DNA from: Vampirovibrionales bacterium
GTDB taxonomy: Bacteria; Cyanobacteriota; Vampirovibrionia; Vampirovibrionales; Vampirovibrionaceae
Direction of reading: 5' to 3'
DNA length: 64,000 bases
Assembly (NCBI GenBank): GCA_029866025.1
Contig: JARXAD010000006.1
Span: 18,907 to 82,906, forward strand
The position numbers and the translations under genes are program-made. The notes beneath the pieces were generated by a model. The model was not told where the DNA came from. It ran no database searches and was given only the letters and a program-made list of their open reading frames with translations. Of this stretch, positions 31,140 through 41,000 are shown piece after piece. How positions within the stretch are numbered: position 1 is the stretch's first letter; each line of letters starts with the position of its first letter.

Positions 31140-31526
31140 ATGATTGTATTAGTACCCATCGATGGAGCAGAACAATCTTTATGCACCCTTGAAAGGGCCG
31201 CTCATTTCTTAGATAAAGAATTTTGTTCTCTTCATTTGTTTATGGTTCAAATCCCTATCTCGCCAGAAATTCCTTGGGAGCTGGAGGATAGCAAAGAAAC
31301 CGAAAGCTATCTAAACCGAGCAAAAGCCAAAGCAGAATCATTGGGATTTAAAGTTGATAAAACAGACTACACCACATCGTATAATCCAGCTGATATCATT
31401 TGCAATTATGCGGAAGCCATTGCTACGCAATTAATTGTAATGGGATCCCATTGGCATAAATGCATCACCCAGTTTTTCATCGGTAGTGTTAGCGAAGAGG
31501 TGTTTAAAGAAGCTACCAGCCTGTGA
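31140..31526 (+). CDS. Universal stress protein (UspA family)
   Basis: 128 aa, MIVLVPIDGAEQS...VMGSHWHKCITQFFIGSVSEEV typical USP fold signature. Confidence 0.8.
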   Translation: MIVLVPIDGAEQSLCTLERAAHFLDKEFCSLHLFMVQIPISPEIPWELEDSKETESYLNRAKAKAESLGFKVDKTDYTTSYNPADIICNYAEAIATQLIVMGSHWHKCITQFFIGSVSEEVFKEATSL

Positions 31527-31616
31527 TTGTGCGAAATGACAAACTACACTCTGCTAAAATTAGTCACTTGGATATCTCGAGTTTACATCAAATGAGTCAT
31601 TAATTAGTTAAACCCT

Positions 31617-31658
31617 AAATACCTCCCCCCACCGCTTATCGGTGGGGGGAGGTATTTA
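31617..31658. terminator. Perfect 18-bp-stem hairpin (loop cttat) downstream of USP gene; probable bidirectional terminator/insulator
   Basis: aaatacctccccccaccg / cggtggggggaggtattt exactly complementary. Confidence 0.5.
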
Positions 31659-31855
31659 TTACAACGGCTTATTCTTCATTATTGCGAGGCGATTTCATTA
31701 AAAGATGCTTCTCTTTTTCAATCACTTCTGACTGCCCTCCAAAAGGTGATCCGATCATAAGTAGAGAATTGGGTCATATTATAATTGACTCAAGTGACGA
31801 GTTTCTGTCACATTCCCTCAAAGCCCTATGCTATATGGATAATTACCGGCTAAAT

Positions 31856-31874
31856 TACACAAGAATTACACAAC
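31856..31874. repeat. 19-bp tandem-iteron motif copy 2, ~50 bp inside the tRNA-Phe end
   Basis: aattacacaag aattacacaac; identical to 17855-17873. Confidence 0.7.
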
Positions 31875-31922
31875 AGGCCGTTTGATTATTTATTTAAACT
31901 TAGACCGTAATCAGTCGTAAAA

Positions 31923-31998
<76 letters not shown>

Positions 31999-32063
31999 GA
32001 CCATGCCTTTATTCAACTGTAAACGGTCGTAACAATCAACCTCTCAGCCACTTCATTTTCAAA

Positions 32064-33275
32064 TTAAACGCTGGCAGCAACCCGTAAACGCTGAGAGAGG
32101 AGTTCGGGTAACTTTAACAAGCGCTCGCGCGCCGCAGCCAAAGTTTCTGGTTTTTTGCTAAAGCAAAAGCGAATCATAGGCGCCTGTTGGCTGCCTTCGC
32201 TTAAAAAGCTGCTGCCCGGCACCACGGCCACACCCACGGTTTCAATCATAAACTGGGCAAAGTCCACATCGTTGGTAAAGCCGTATTGCTTGCACAACTG
32301 GCTAATATCACACAGCACATAATAAGCCCCTTGGGGTGAATAATAAGGCAGACCAATTTCATCTAAAATTTCCAGCATGGAGGCTTTCTTGTTAGCGTAG
32401 CTGGCTAACAGGCCATCATAGTATGTTTGGGGCAATTGCATGGCCGTAATGCCCGCTTGCTGCAAGGGGGCGGCAGCTCCTACCGTTAAAAAGTCGTGGA
32501 CCTTACGAATGGCAGCCGTCAGTTCAGCCGGGGCAATAATGGTGCCCACGCGCCAGCCGGTAACGCTGTAGGTTTTGGAGAGGCCATTAATCGTCACAGT
32601 GCGCTCTAACATACCGGGTAAAGAGGCCAATGCCAAGTGCTCAAGGCCGTCGTAGAGAATATGCTCGTAAATTTCGTCGGTAAAGGCCAACACATCCCAC
32701 TGCTGGCACAAGTCGGTAATGGTTTGCAGTTCTTTGCGGCTAAACACCTTCCCCGTAGGGTTATGAGGGGTATTGATAATAATGGCGCGAGTTTTTTCGT
32801 TAAAAGCAGCAGCCAACTCCGCCGGATCAAAGCTCCAGGTAGGGGGCTTAAGCTGCACATAACGAGGAATGGCACCGGCCAAAATGGCATCGGGGCCATA
32901 ATTTTCGTAATAGGGCTCAAAGACAATCACTTCATCGCCGGGGTCTACCAAGGCCAGCATGGTGGCCGCCATCGCCTCGGTACTACCGCAGGTAACGGTA
33001 ATATCCGTATCAGGATTAATGGGAATACCCAAATAGCGGCTGGATTTTTCTGCAATGGCATAACGAAAAGGGGTGGCACCCCATGTAATGGCGTACTGGT
33101 TAATGTCTTTATCAATGGCTGCTTTGGCTGCTTCTTTGAGTTCCGTCGGGCAAGGAAAATCAGGAAAACCTTGGGCTAAATTGACGGCCTCATGCTTGGC
33201 CGCTAAACGAGACATCTCGCGAATGACCGACTCTTTAAACTGGCTGGCTTTGATGGACGTTTTGGGTCGTGTCAT
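32064..33275 (-). CDS. PLP-dependent class I aminotransferase (methionine-salvage / YbdL-like)
   Basis: 403 aa aminotransferase fold with lysine region SKTYSVTGWRVG; divergent from mtnBDC. Confidence 0.8.
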   Translation of the reverse strand: MTRPKTSIKASQFKESVIREMSRLAAKHEAVNLAQGFPDFPCPTELKEAAKAAIDKDINQYAITWGATPFRYAIAEKSSRYLGIPINPDTDITVTCGSTEAMAATMLALVDPGDEVIVFEPYYENYGPDAILAGAIPRYVQLKPPTWSFDPAELAAAFNEKTRAIIINTPHNPTGKVFSRKELQTITDLCQQWDVLAFTDEIYEHILYDGLEHLALASLPGMLERTVTINGLSKTYSVTGWRVGTIIAPAELTAAIRKVHDFLTVGAAAPLQQAGITAMQLPQTYYDGLLASYANKKASMLEILDEIGLPYYSPQGAYYVLCDISQLCKQYGFTNDVDFAQFMIETVGVAVVPGSSFLSEGSQQAPMIRFCFSKKPETLAAARERLLKLPELLSQRLRVAASV

Positions 33276-33382
33276 GGCTGGGAAGTTCCTCGATTGAACT
33301 GAAAATAGCTTCTTATTGTATCGTAATCCAAATAATGACTGACAATATTGAGAAATGGATATCTTGGTGGCATTCTAAACCC

Positions 33383-34051
33383 ATGAATACTTCCACCACT
33401 CCCTTCCAACCAGTAGCCATTAGCGAGGCTCTTACTGAGCTTATTTCGGTATCCCAATTTTTGCATCAGCAAGGGTGGACGCCTGCCACCAGCTCTAATT
33501 TTTCTACCCGTAACAACGAACCAAAGGGCAGTTTTTTTATTTCTCGCTCTGGTAAAGACAAAGGCACCTTAACACAACACGACTTTATGGCGGTGGATGC
33601 AAAGGGGCTTCCCTTGGCAGGCGTGGAGGGTACCCCTTCTGCAGAAACCTTATTACATGCGTGGGTGTATGAGAATTTCCCCGAAGTCAATACTGTACTT
33701 CATACGCATTCGCTGAATGGCACCTTACTCTCTAAGCTGTGCGAAGAATTTGGCGAGTTTACGGTGTCGAACCTTGAAATTCTCAAAGGCTTTGCTGGTA
33801 TTACCAGTCATGAAGCCTCGGTGACGATACCCATTATTGCTAATCACCAAGATATGACGGTTATTGCTGAAGGCTTATCACGCTACCAAGCAAACGTAAC
33901 AAACCCACTCCGTGGGTTTTTACTAGCAGGGCATGGTCTGTACACATGGGGAAACACCACAGCTGAAGCCCGTCGCCACGTGGAAGTGATGGAATTTTTA
34001 ATGGCCTATGCCCTGCAATGGTACCAAAGCACGGGAGCATGGCCCGAATGA
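33383..34051 (+). CDS. mtnB: Methylthioribulose-1-phosphate dehydratase (class II aldolase/adducin fold)
   Basis: FFISRSGKDKG...VLHTHS motifs; start set at ATG 33383 (typical size) rather than 33269. Confidence 0.8.
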   Translation: MNTSTTPFQPVAISEALTELISVSQFLHQQGWTPATSSNFSTRNNEPKGSFFISRSGKDKGTLTQHDFMAVDAKGLPLAGVEGTPSAETLLHAWVYENFPEVNTVLHTHSLNGTLLSKLCEEFGEFTVSNLEILKGFAGITSHEASVTIPIIANHQDMTVIAEGLSRYQANVTNPLRGFLLAGHGLYTWGNTTAEARRHVEVMEFLMAYALQWYQSTGAWPE

Positions 34052-34617
34052 CAACCCTGTACCAAGCCCAATCCAAACACGTTGTAAGTGACTTTGGGAC
34101 CATTCAGACTTTTTTAGCCCAACGCGGCGTGGCTTTCGCTCGGTGGAATGCCAGTGTTGATTTTGAGCCTGATGCCGATGAAACCACCATTTTGGATGTG
34201 TATCAGCATGAATTACAGCCCTTCATGGCATCAAACGGTTTTCAAAGTGCGGATGTCATTACCATTCACCCCAAAACGGAGAATGTGGCAGCGTTGAATG
34301 CAAAATTTTTAAAAGAGCACACCCACAGCGAAGACGAAGTTCGATTTTTTGTGGCAGGGCAAGGCGATTTCTGGTTTCATTTGGAAGAGCCCACTGATGA
34401 AGTGTTTGGTGTTACCTGCACCGCAGGCGATTTCCTCTCCGTGCCGGCAGGGGTCAAACATTGGTTTGACATGGGCCCTGCCGATGACGAAACGTCGCCC
34501 AACGTTAAGGTGATTCGGATTTTTACCAGCAAAGACGGTTGGACCCCCCACTACACTCAATCAGGACTAGAACAAACCGTTGCAAAACCTTTATTAACAG
34601 CAGGAGCCACGGTATGA
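34048..34617 (+). CDS. mtnD: Acireductone dioxygenase (ARD)
   Basis: Cupin with HxH...E...H pattern (EHTHSEDEVRFF...HWF); ATGA overlap with mtnB stop. Confidence 0.8.
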   Translation: MTTLYQAQSKHVVSDFGTIQTFLAQRGVAFARWNASVDFEPDADETTILDVYQHELQPFMASNGFQSADVITIHPKTENVAALNAKFLKEHTHSEDEVRFFVAGQGDFWFHLEEPTDEVFGVTCTAGDFLSVPAGVKHWFDMGPADDETSPNVKVIRIFTSKDGWTPHYTQSGLEQTVAKPLLTAGATV

Positions 34618-35336
34618 GTTTAGCCAATCCCAACCGCTACGAGTCCATTCGCTGTGTACTGATGGACATTGAAGGCACCACGACTGATATTGAGTTTGTC
34701 CATTCGGTACTGTTCCCGTATTCGGCCCAGCATTTGCCCCAGTATGTAATGGACCACGAAGACGACACCACTGTACAAAAGTGCTTGCTAGGCGTGCGCC
34801 AAACCCTGCTAGACGAAAACGAAGTAACCGAGGCGCATACTCACACCTGCATTCAAGCCTTGCTCCATTGGATTGCCACAGACCGCAAGCACACCGCCCT
34901 GAAGACCCTTCAAGGCCTGATTTGGAAAACCGGTTACGAAACGGGCGCCTACCAAAGCCACGTGTACCCCGATGTACTACCCGCTTTACAGCGCTGGCAA
35001 GCCAAAGGGCTTACGCTCGCCATATACTCGTCGGGTTCGGTTGCGGCCCAGCAGTTGCTGTTTGGTCACACCCCCCATGGGGATTTAGCCCCCTACTTTA
35101 GCCACTACTTTGACACCACGGTGGGCGGCAAAAAAGAGATGGCATCTTATCAGGACATTGCCAAAGCCTTAGCACTCCCGCCAGAAGCCATTTTATTTTT
35201 AAGCGACATGGAAGATGAGTTGGAGGCCGCTGAAGAAGCAGGCTTTCAGGTCATTCAGTTACAGCGCGATGACAATGTGATTAGTGGTCATGTGCCTTAC
35301 CCCGTTAAGCGCAGCTTTGACGCTATTTTGCCGTAA
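34614..35336 (+). CDS. mtnC: Enolase-phosphatase E1 (HAD family)
   Basis: HAD motif I LMDIEGTTT; ATGA overlap with mtnD stop, RBS caggag. Confidence 0.8.
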   Translation: MSLANPNRYESIRCVLMDIEGTTTDIEFVHSVLFPYSAQHLPQYVMDHEDDTTVQKCLLGVRQTLLDENEVTEAHTHTCIQALLHWIATDRKHTALKTLQGLIWKTGYETGAYQSHVYPDVLPALQRWQAKGLTLAIYSSGSVAAQQLLFGHTPHGDLAPYFSHYFDTTVGGKKEMASYQDIAKALALPPEAILFLSDMEDELEAAEEAGFQVIQLQRDDNVISGHVPYPVKRSFDAILP

Positions 35337-35352
35337 TGGTTAACAACACCCT

Positions 35353-36831
35353 TTAGGATGAACAGCTAATAACCAAGGGCTTTGTGTCTACTGGGGGTGG
35401 GCTGGCAAAAGGCGAGGCATCGGCTTCCGTAGCATAGGGATTTTTCAGCACGTCCCACAACGCTTGGGTCACGCTAAAATCGCCTTGCTGAGCTGCCGTA
35501 ATGGCCGCTTGGGCATGGTGGTTGCGCAATACCACGGCAGGATTGCGGCTTAACGTGTAGCGCTTTAAGTCCTCGTCAGAAAGCTGACTGTTGCCATCAT
35601 TCGCTAAGCGATCACCATAGGCTTCCACCCACTGGTGCCAAGCGTCGGACTCACACCCAAACAAGGGTGCCAACGCCTCTTTCGCCAAATCGGCTGTTTT
35701 GTAGCTCCAACGCCTAAAAAACTGGGTGTAATCCACTTTATGAGCAGCCATTAACTTTAGGAGCGTCTCCAACAAGGCGTCGTCACCTTCCTGTACCGAA
35801 GATAACCCCAGTTTTCCAGCCATCAAAGAGCGGTAGTGGGTGAGATACGCCTGAGGATAAACCTTGAGGGCCTCTTGAATGGTCTCAACCGGTAACATAT
35901 GGGCCAAGGTTTGCCCCAAAGCGGCGCAATTCCAATACCCCACATCGGGCTGACGATGGTAGGCATAGCGCCCCTCATGATCCGAGTGATTGCAAATATG
36001 ATATGGGTCAAAGGTATCCAAAAAGCCGTAAGGACCATAATCCAAGGTCAGGCCCAGTAGGCTCATGTTATCCGTGTTCATCACCCCGTGGCAAAAACCC
36101 ACTGCCTGCCACTGGGCCATGAGTTGGGCTGTGTGTGTGGTCACCGCTTGCAACCAGGCCACACACCCCGCTTCACTGTCCTCAAAGGTTTCACCAAAGG
36201 CAGTACCGCAAATGTCCATCGCTAAGGTTAGATAGTTTTTCAGCAACACATCGTTGCCTTGATAATACGCATATTCCAAATGGCCAAAGCGCAAAAAGCT
36301 AGGAGCCACACGAACCATGCTGGCACCCATTTCCATCATTTCTCGGTATACGGGTTCGGTGCTGGTAAACAAACTTAGGGCCCGTGTTGTGGGAATACCC
36401 AAGCCCGCCACGGCTTCACTGGCTAAAAACTCTCGCAGGGTTGAGCGCAAGACAGCCCTACCGTCGCCTCGGCGAGAATACGGCGTTGGGCCAGCACCCT
36501 TTAGCTGAATTTCCCAGCGCTGGTTGGCAGAGTCTACCACATCACCCAAGAAAATCGCTCGGCCATCGCCCAGTTGTGGCACTAAATGGCCAAATTGATG
36601 CCCTGCATACACGGTGGCAATGGGTTGAGGTGAATAATGATTCAACTGGCCATTGCAGATGTCTAACCACTGAGGGCTGTTTAGCGCGCTAACACGTAAA
36701 CCCAGTTGCTGACCCAGTGCATCATTGTTTAACGCCAACTGGGCCCCTGTGAGGGGTGTTATGGAAACGGTTGAAAACGCTTCGGGGCCTAAGGCTTCGT
36801 AGCGGGTGGGGGTCGGCAGAAAGATTGGCAT
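35353..36831 (-). CDS. selO: Protein adenylyltransferase SelO/YdiU (UPF0061)
   Basis: 492 aa; conserved SelO N-terminal segment and pseudokinase-like core (GVMNTDNMS). Confidence 0.8.
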   Translation of the reverse strand: MPIFLPTPTRYEALGPEAFSTVSITPLTGAQLALNNDALGQQLGLRVSALNSPQWLDICNGQLNHYSPQPIATVYAGHQFGHLVPQLGDGRAIFLGDVVDSANQRWEIQLKGAGPTPYSRRGDGRAVLRSTLREFLASEAVAGLGIPTTRALSLFTSTEPVYREMMEMGASMVRVAPSFLRFGHLEYAYYQGNDVLLKNYLTLAMDICGTAFGETFEDSEAGCVAWLQAVTTHTAQLMAQWQAVGFCHGVMNTDNMSLLGLTLDYGPYGFLDTFDPYHICNHSDHEGRYAYHRQPDVGYWNCAALGQTLAHMLPVETIQEALKVYPQAYLTHYRSLMAGKLGLSSVQEGDDALLETLLKLMAAHKVDYTQFFRRWSYKTADLAKEALAPLFGCESDAWHQWVEAYGDRLANDGNSQLSDEDLKRYTLSRNPAVVLRNHHAQAAITAAQQGDFSVTQALWDVLKNPYATEADASPFASPPPVDTKPLVISCSS

Positions 36832-37236
36832 AGGGGTATTAAAGCGTAAAGTCGTTTTAAGATCGTCGTTTCACCCCTATGGGCGAAGTCATTTAGGGCA
36901 TTTTCATGGGTACGTTTAGCAGTATCCTTTGGTTAGTAAACGTTCAAAGTAAATCAGCGTTCAGGGTGAAAGGAGATTTCGCCATGAGACCATGCTTTAC
37001 CTCATTTTCACAACCTTTTTTGTGGAGACACCTTAAATTATAAAAAACAATAATAAACCGTTACAAAGCCTCCAGCGCTATTGGATCTAGTCCGAAAGGA
37101 TAAGTAAGGTCATTCACCCAAGGTTGTGCTTAGGGTGATGGTTTTGTGGGTGCGTATTAAAAGCACCGTCAGAGATGATAAGCGCAATCAGCGCGATGTG
37201 GGTTTTTAGTCAATTTACTGAAAGAGAGTATTTATA

Positions 37237-37956
37237 ATGAGCCAATTATTAAAGCAGCGCATTGTGGCCGTGTCGTGTGCGGTATGTGTAGGAATGGTGG
37301 GTTTATTCGCACCCGCTTTTGCAGATTCTGCCGTATTGTTAGCCAGCAGCTTTTCGCCATCCCTTGCAGCGCCAAGCCTTGTAGCACCCACTCTGCCTGA
37401 ATTATTGAATGAAGCCGCTCAACAATCGCCCTCCATTTTTAAGATAAACATTCAACACAGCGATACACTCTCCGATGATTCCAGTGCCAAAAAATCGGGC
37501 CGTCATGGCCGCAGCCGCCGCAGTAAAGAGACTGTAGCCAGCCACATTCAACTGGATGATGAAGCCCGTACCATTGGCGGCCAACTGAGTGATGGCGATG
37601 CCGCCAAACTACGACCCGCCCAAAAATATTTGTTTGAACTTCCCAAAGTGGTGAACAACAAAACCGTGTGGCTTAGCATCGGAAAACTTAATGGCATACA
37701 TACACCACAAGCCCACACCTTGGGCCAAACCAGCGATGACCACATTAGCAGCCCATTGGCCATTAAACTGAATGGAAAAACCATTCAATACGTGTACGTG
37801 AATGGCGATAATCTCCACATTCGCATTCCTAAAAGCTTGCTAAATAAAGAAGGCTATAACGCCTTGCAATTGCAGGCAGGCTACTATTATTCGGCACCCA
37901 ACACCATTGCTTACGATCGCGTGAGTTTTGAGAACGTCCGTCTCGAGCCCTCGTAA
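37237..37956 (+). CDS. Secreted hypothetical protein (signal peptide), convergent with tpsA
   Basis: N-terminal hydrophobic signal ending AFADSAV; no known motif. Confidence 0.5.
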   Translation: MSQLLKQRIVAVSCAVCVGMVGLFAPAFADSAVLLASSFSPSLAAPSLVAPTLPELLNEAAQQSPSIFKINIQHSDTLSDDSSAKKSGRHGRSRRSKETVASHIQLDDEARTIGGQLSDGDAAKLRPAQKYLFELPKVVNNKTVWLSIGKLNGIHTPQAHTLGQTSDDHISSPLAIKLNGKTIQYVYVNGDNLHIRIPKSLLNKEGYNALQLQAGYYYSAPNTIAYDRVSFENVRLEPS

Positions 37957-38010
37957 GCAAACCGCTTTTACCTTTCGTTTAAGACAAGGCAACACTTATA
38001 AATAAACGTT

Positions 38011-38058
38011 TATAAACAAACCCCCTCCTTCGAAAATCGAGAGAGGGGGCTTTTTTTG
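38011..38058. terminator. Bidirectional rho-independent terminator between the secreted-protein gene and tpsA
   Basis: ccccctc...gaggggg stem flanked by A-run upstream and T7 downstream. Confidence 0.6.
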
Positions 38059-38093
38059 TTTATTACTTTTTTACTGACGACGATGTTAAACCA

Positions 38094-41000
38094 CTAGAAA
38101 AGAGGACCGCCCAAGCCAGCATTGCCAGACGGGTTACCGCCAAACTGTTGGGAATTTTGAACAGAGTCTTCGTTTAACGGAATGGTTGTGCCTTTAAATT
38201 GGTTGTTAATTTGGCTGCCCGAACGGCCTCTCAAATTACCCGCCAAGTTTTTCAGCTTGTTGCTTTCCTCACCGCCATCATCGTCTCCAGGTACGTTTAC
38301 AAAGGCAGACCCGTTGGGAGTAATCACTTTGAGGAACTTACCGCTAAACAAGCCATCGGGTAGTTTGGCATACAACAAGCCATCACCATTTAGCTCCACA
38401 TCCAAATCGCCAAAGCGCTGGGTATTAGTACCCACAAAACGAATGCCTGCCGATGTCGTACGATCGTCGGCATTGGTAGCACCGCCCGTATAGTACACGC
38501 TACGGTTGTTGGCCATACGTAAGTTCCAGCGACCCGCACCTGAATCGCTATTGGGTGTGGTTTCTTGAGTGGAGAAACGGGTATTGAAGGTGATGTCCGT
38601 TGCTGCTTTGGCACGTGCATCCAATAGACCCAAGTTAATAAGGCCATTGGTTTCCGAATCGCCAAAGAAGATGTCACGAGCCGTCAGATTGTCAAACTCG
38701 GTTTGAGTAATGTTTAGCAATCCAGAGCCACCGCCTAAGCCAAGGGTGGTATTGGCATCCCAAGCAGACAAGGTGATTTGGCCGCTTTCGGTACCAGCAT
38801 TTACCAAGCCTTGAATGTCTTGAAGGTTGGACTTAAACCAAATCAACGCATCATCGGCAGTGACGGTGGCACCTTCGCCAATGTTAATGGATGAATCTGA
38901 GTTCTCCGTAGTGACGGTCACACCATTATCGCCGTGGGTATCGCCATTGAGGTTGATATCACTGTAGGTTTGGCTGCCATCTTCAACGCGTTCTTTCTCA
39001 TTAGAGAAGCCACCGCCCTTGGTACGAATATCCACCTTGTTGCCAGCGTCAATGGAGCCACCGGCAATGAAGAAGCTTTCTTCTTCAAAGCGACCTTCAA
39101 AGAAAGGACCGCTAAAGCCTGTAGAGCCTGAACTGCCCGACGAACCCGAAGAGCCGCTGCTACCAATGGAGCCCCCTTGGGTAATGGGCGAGCCATTGCC
39201 TTCTGTGAGCAACGATACATTATTACCGGCGTAAATAGCACCGTTTTGGTCAATGCGGCTGTCATCACCATAGGAAATAAAGTTCACGTCATGGCCTGCA
39301 TCTACCACAGACCCTTGGCTACGATATTTAGAGTACCAGCCCATACCCGAGCCGCCTTCTTGGAGAATACGGCTGCTAAAGCCATCGGTGATGACATTAA
39401 TATCACCCGAAGAACGTACTTCAGAACGCTCAAAGAATCCTGTTGCACCTGAAGACCCAGAGGAACCGGACACTCCGCTACCACCGGTGCTGGCCGAAGC
39501 GCCCGAACTGTAGGTAGCCAAATAGCTATCGGAACCTAAGGTAATACTGCTGTAACTGCCTTCGGTGTGAACATCAATGTTGCCGTCTTCACTAATCACG
39601 GTGCCATTCACGTCAACAGGGGCATTGTAGCCAGTGGTTTCAATCCGCACATCGCCATCGGCATCCACATAAGAGCCACTATTTTGGTTGATACTGGCGT
39701 AATTGCCCGTGGTTTTTACTGTAATGCCATCCCCATAAACGCGGCTTTCTTCTTCCACATAGCCGCCGGTTTCCAAATCACTGCTTTCGCCCAAGGTAAT
39801 GGTACTGTCATCACCTTCGGTTAGCACATCAATGGCGCCTGCATAGCTGGTTATATCACCATTAATATCCACCGTGGCGTTACTGGCCAACGTGTTTACC
39901 AACACATTGTTGTCGGATTCAATAGCGGCTGTGCTGGTTAAGGTAATGTCGGAATTGGCACCTTCGGTAGCAACCGTCACACCATTGGTGCCTTCGGTAT
40001 AACCATTCAAGGTGATATCGCTATCCACTCCGGTCGTCACGCGATAAACCATACCACTCATGCCAGAACCACCGTAACCGCCGGAGGCACCCGATTCACC
40101 GCGACTCGTGGTTCCTTGGGTGCGAATGTCGACTGTGTTACCAGCTTCAATGGTGCCTACGGTTGTGGTGTAACCCGAAGCACCCGAGTAACCACTGTAA
40201 CCATAGTAACCGCTGTAACCTGAGGAACCCGAGCTACCGATCGATGACCCTTGAGTAATGGGCGAGCCATTGCCTTCGGTTAGCAAAGTTGCGTTGTTAT
40301 CGGCCACAACGTAGCCGTTTTGATCAATGCGGCTGGTGTCGCCGGTGGTTTTAAAGGTCACATCATTGACCGAATCCACCAATGAGCCAGCATTTTGAAC
40401 AATGGCGCTATCGGCACCCGTGGTGTTAAGGGTAATGTTACCCATACCCGCAGTAGCACCGGTAGAGCCTGAGTAACCACTCGATCCACTGGAACCCGTT
40501 GGGCCTTCATAGACAGCGGCGGCAACCATTTCACCGTCATTGCCGTAGGTGGCTAAATAGCTGTTAGCACCTAAGGTAATATCGCTATCTTGGCCTTCCG
40601 TTAGTACGTCAATGTTGCCATTGTCGCTGGTAACAGTGCCGTTTAGCTCAATGTCTGCGTTGTTATCGGTGGTTTCAATCAGCACATCGGCTTCGCCATT
40701 CACTTCCGAGCCGTTTAGCTGAGTAATACCGCTCTGTTTGTTGGTGGTGCGAATAATGATTTTACCGTCAGCGTCTTCACCCAACATAACACGCTTTACG
40801 TCACTAAAGGTGCTGTTGGTAATGGTGCTGTTTTCGCCCAAAGTAATGTCGCTGTCTTTTCCATGAGTGGCAATACGAACCAAATCATCGCCATTCACGT
40901 CGCCATCCAATTCAATGGCGGAATCTTTGGCAAAGGTGCGAATCACTGCATTTTTATCGGCATTCACATCGCTATTTTTGTACTGAGTAATGTCAGCGTC

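Noticed and set aside
17700-31900. Integrase/recombinase gene within the tRNA-Phe-bounded segment
   Set aside because: Searched all ORFs over 60 aa on both strands; none shows tyrosine/serine recombinase motifs. The HTH in 21248-21907 is excisionase-like but fused to a REC domain, so it is a regulator.
33269-33382. Longer N-terminal extensions of mtnB (from 33269), mtnD (from 34018) and mtnC (from 34539)
   Set aside because: Internal ATGs at 33383, 34048 and 34614 give canonical protein lengths, and the latter two form ATGA stop-start overlaps with a visible RBS; the extensions look like read-through of the ORF finder.
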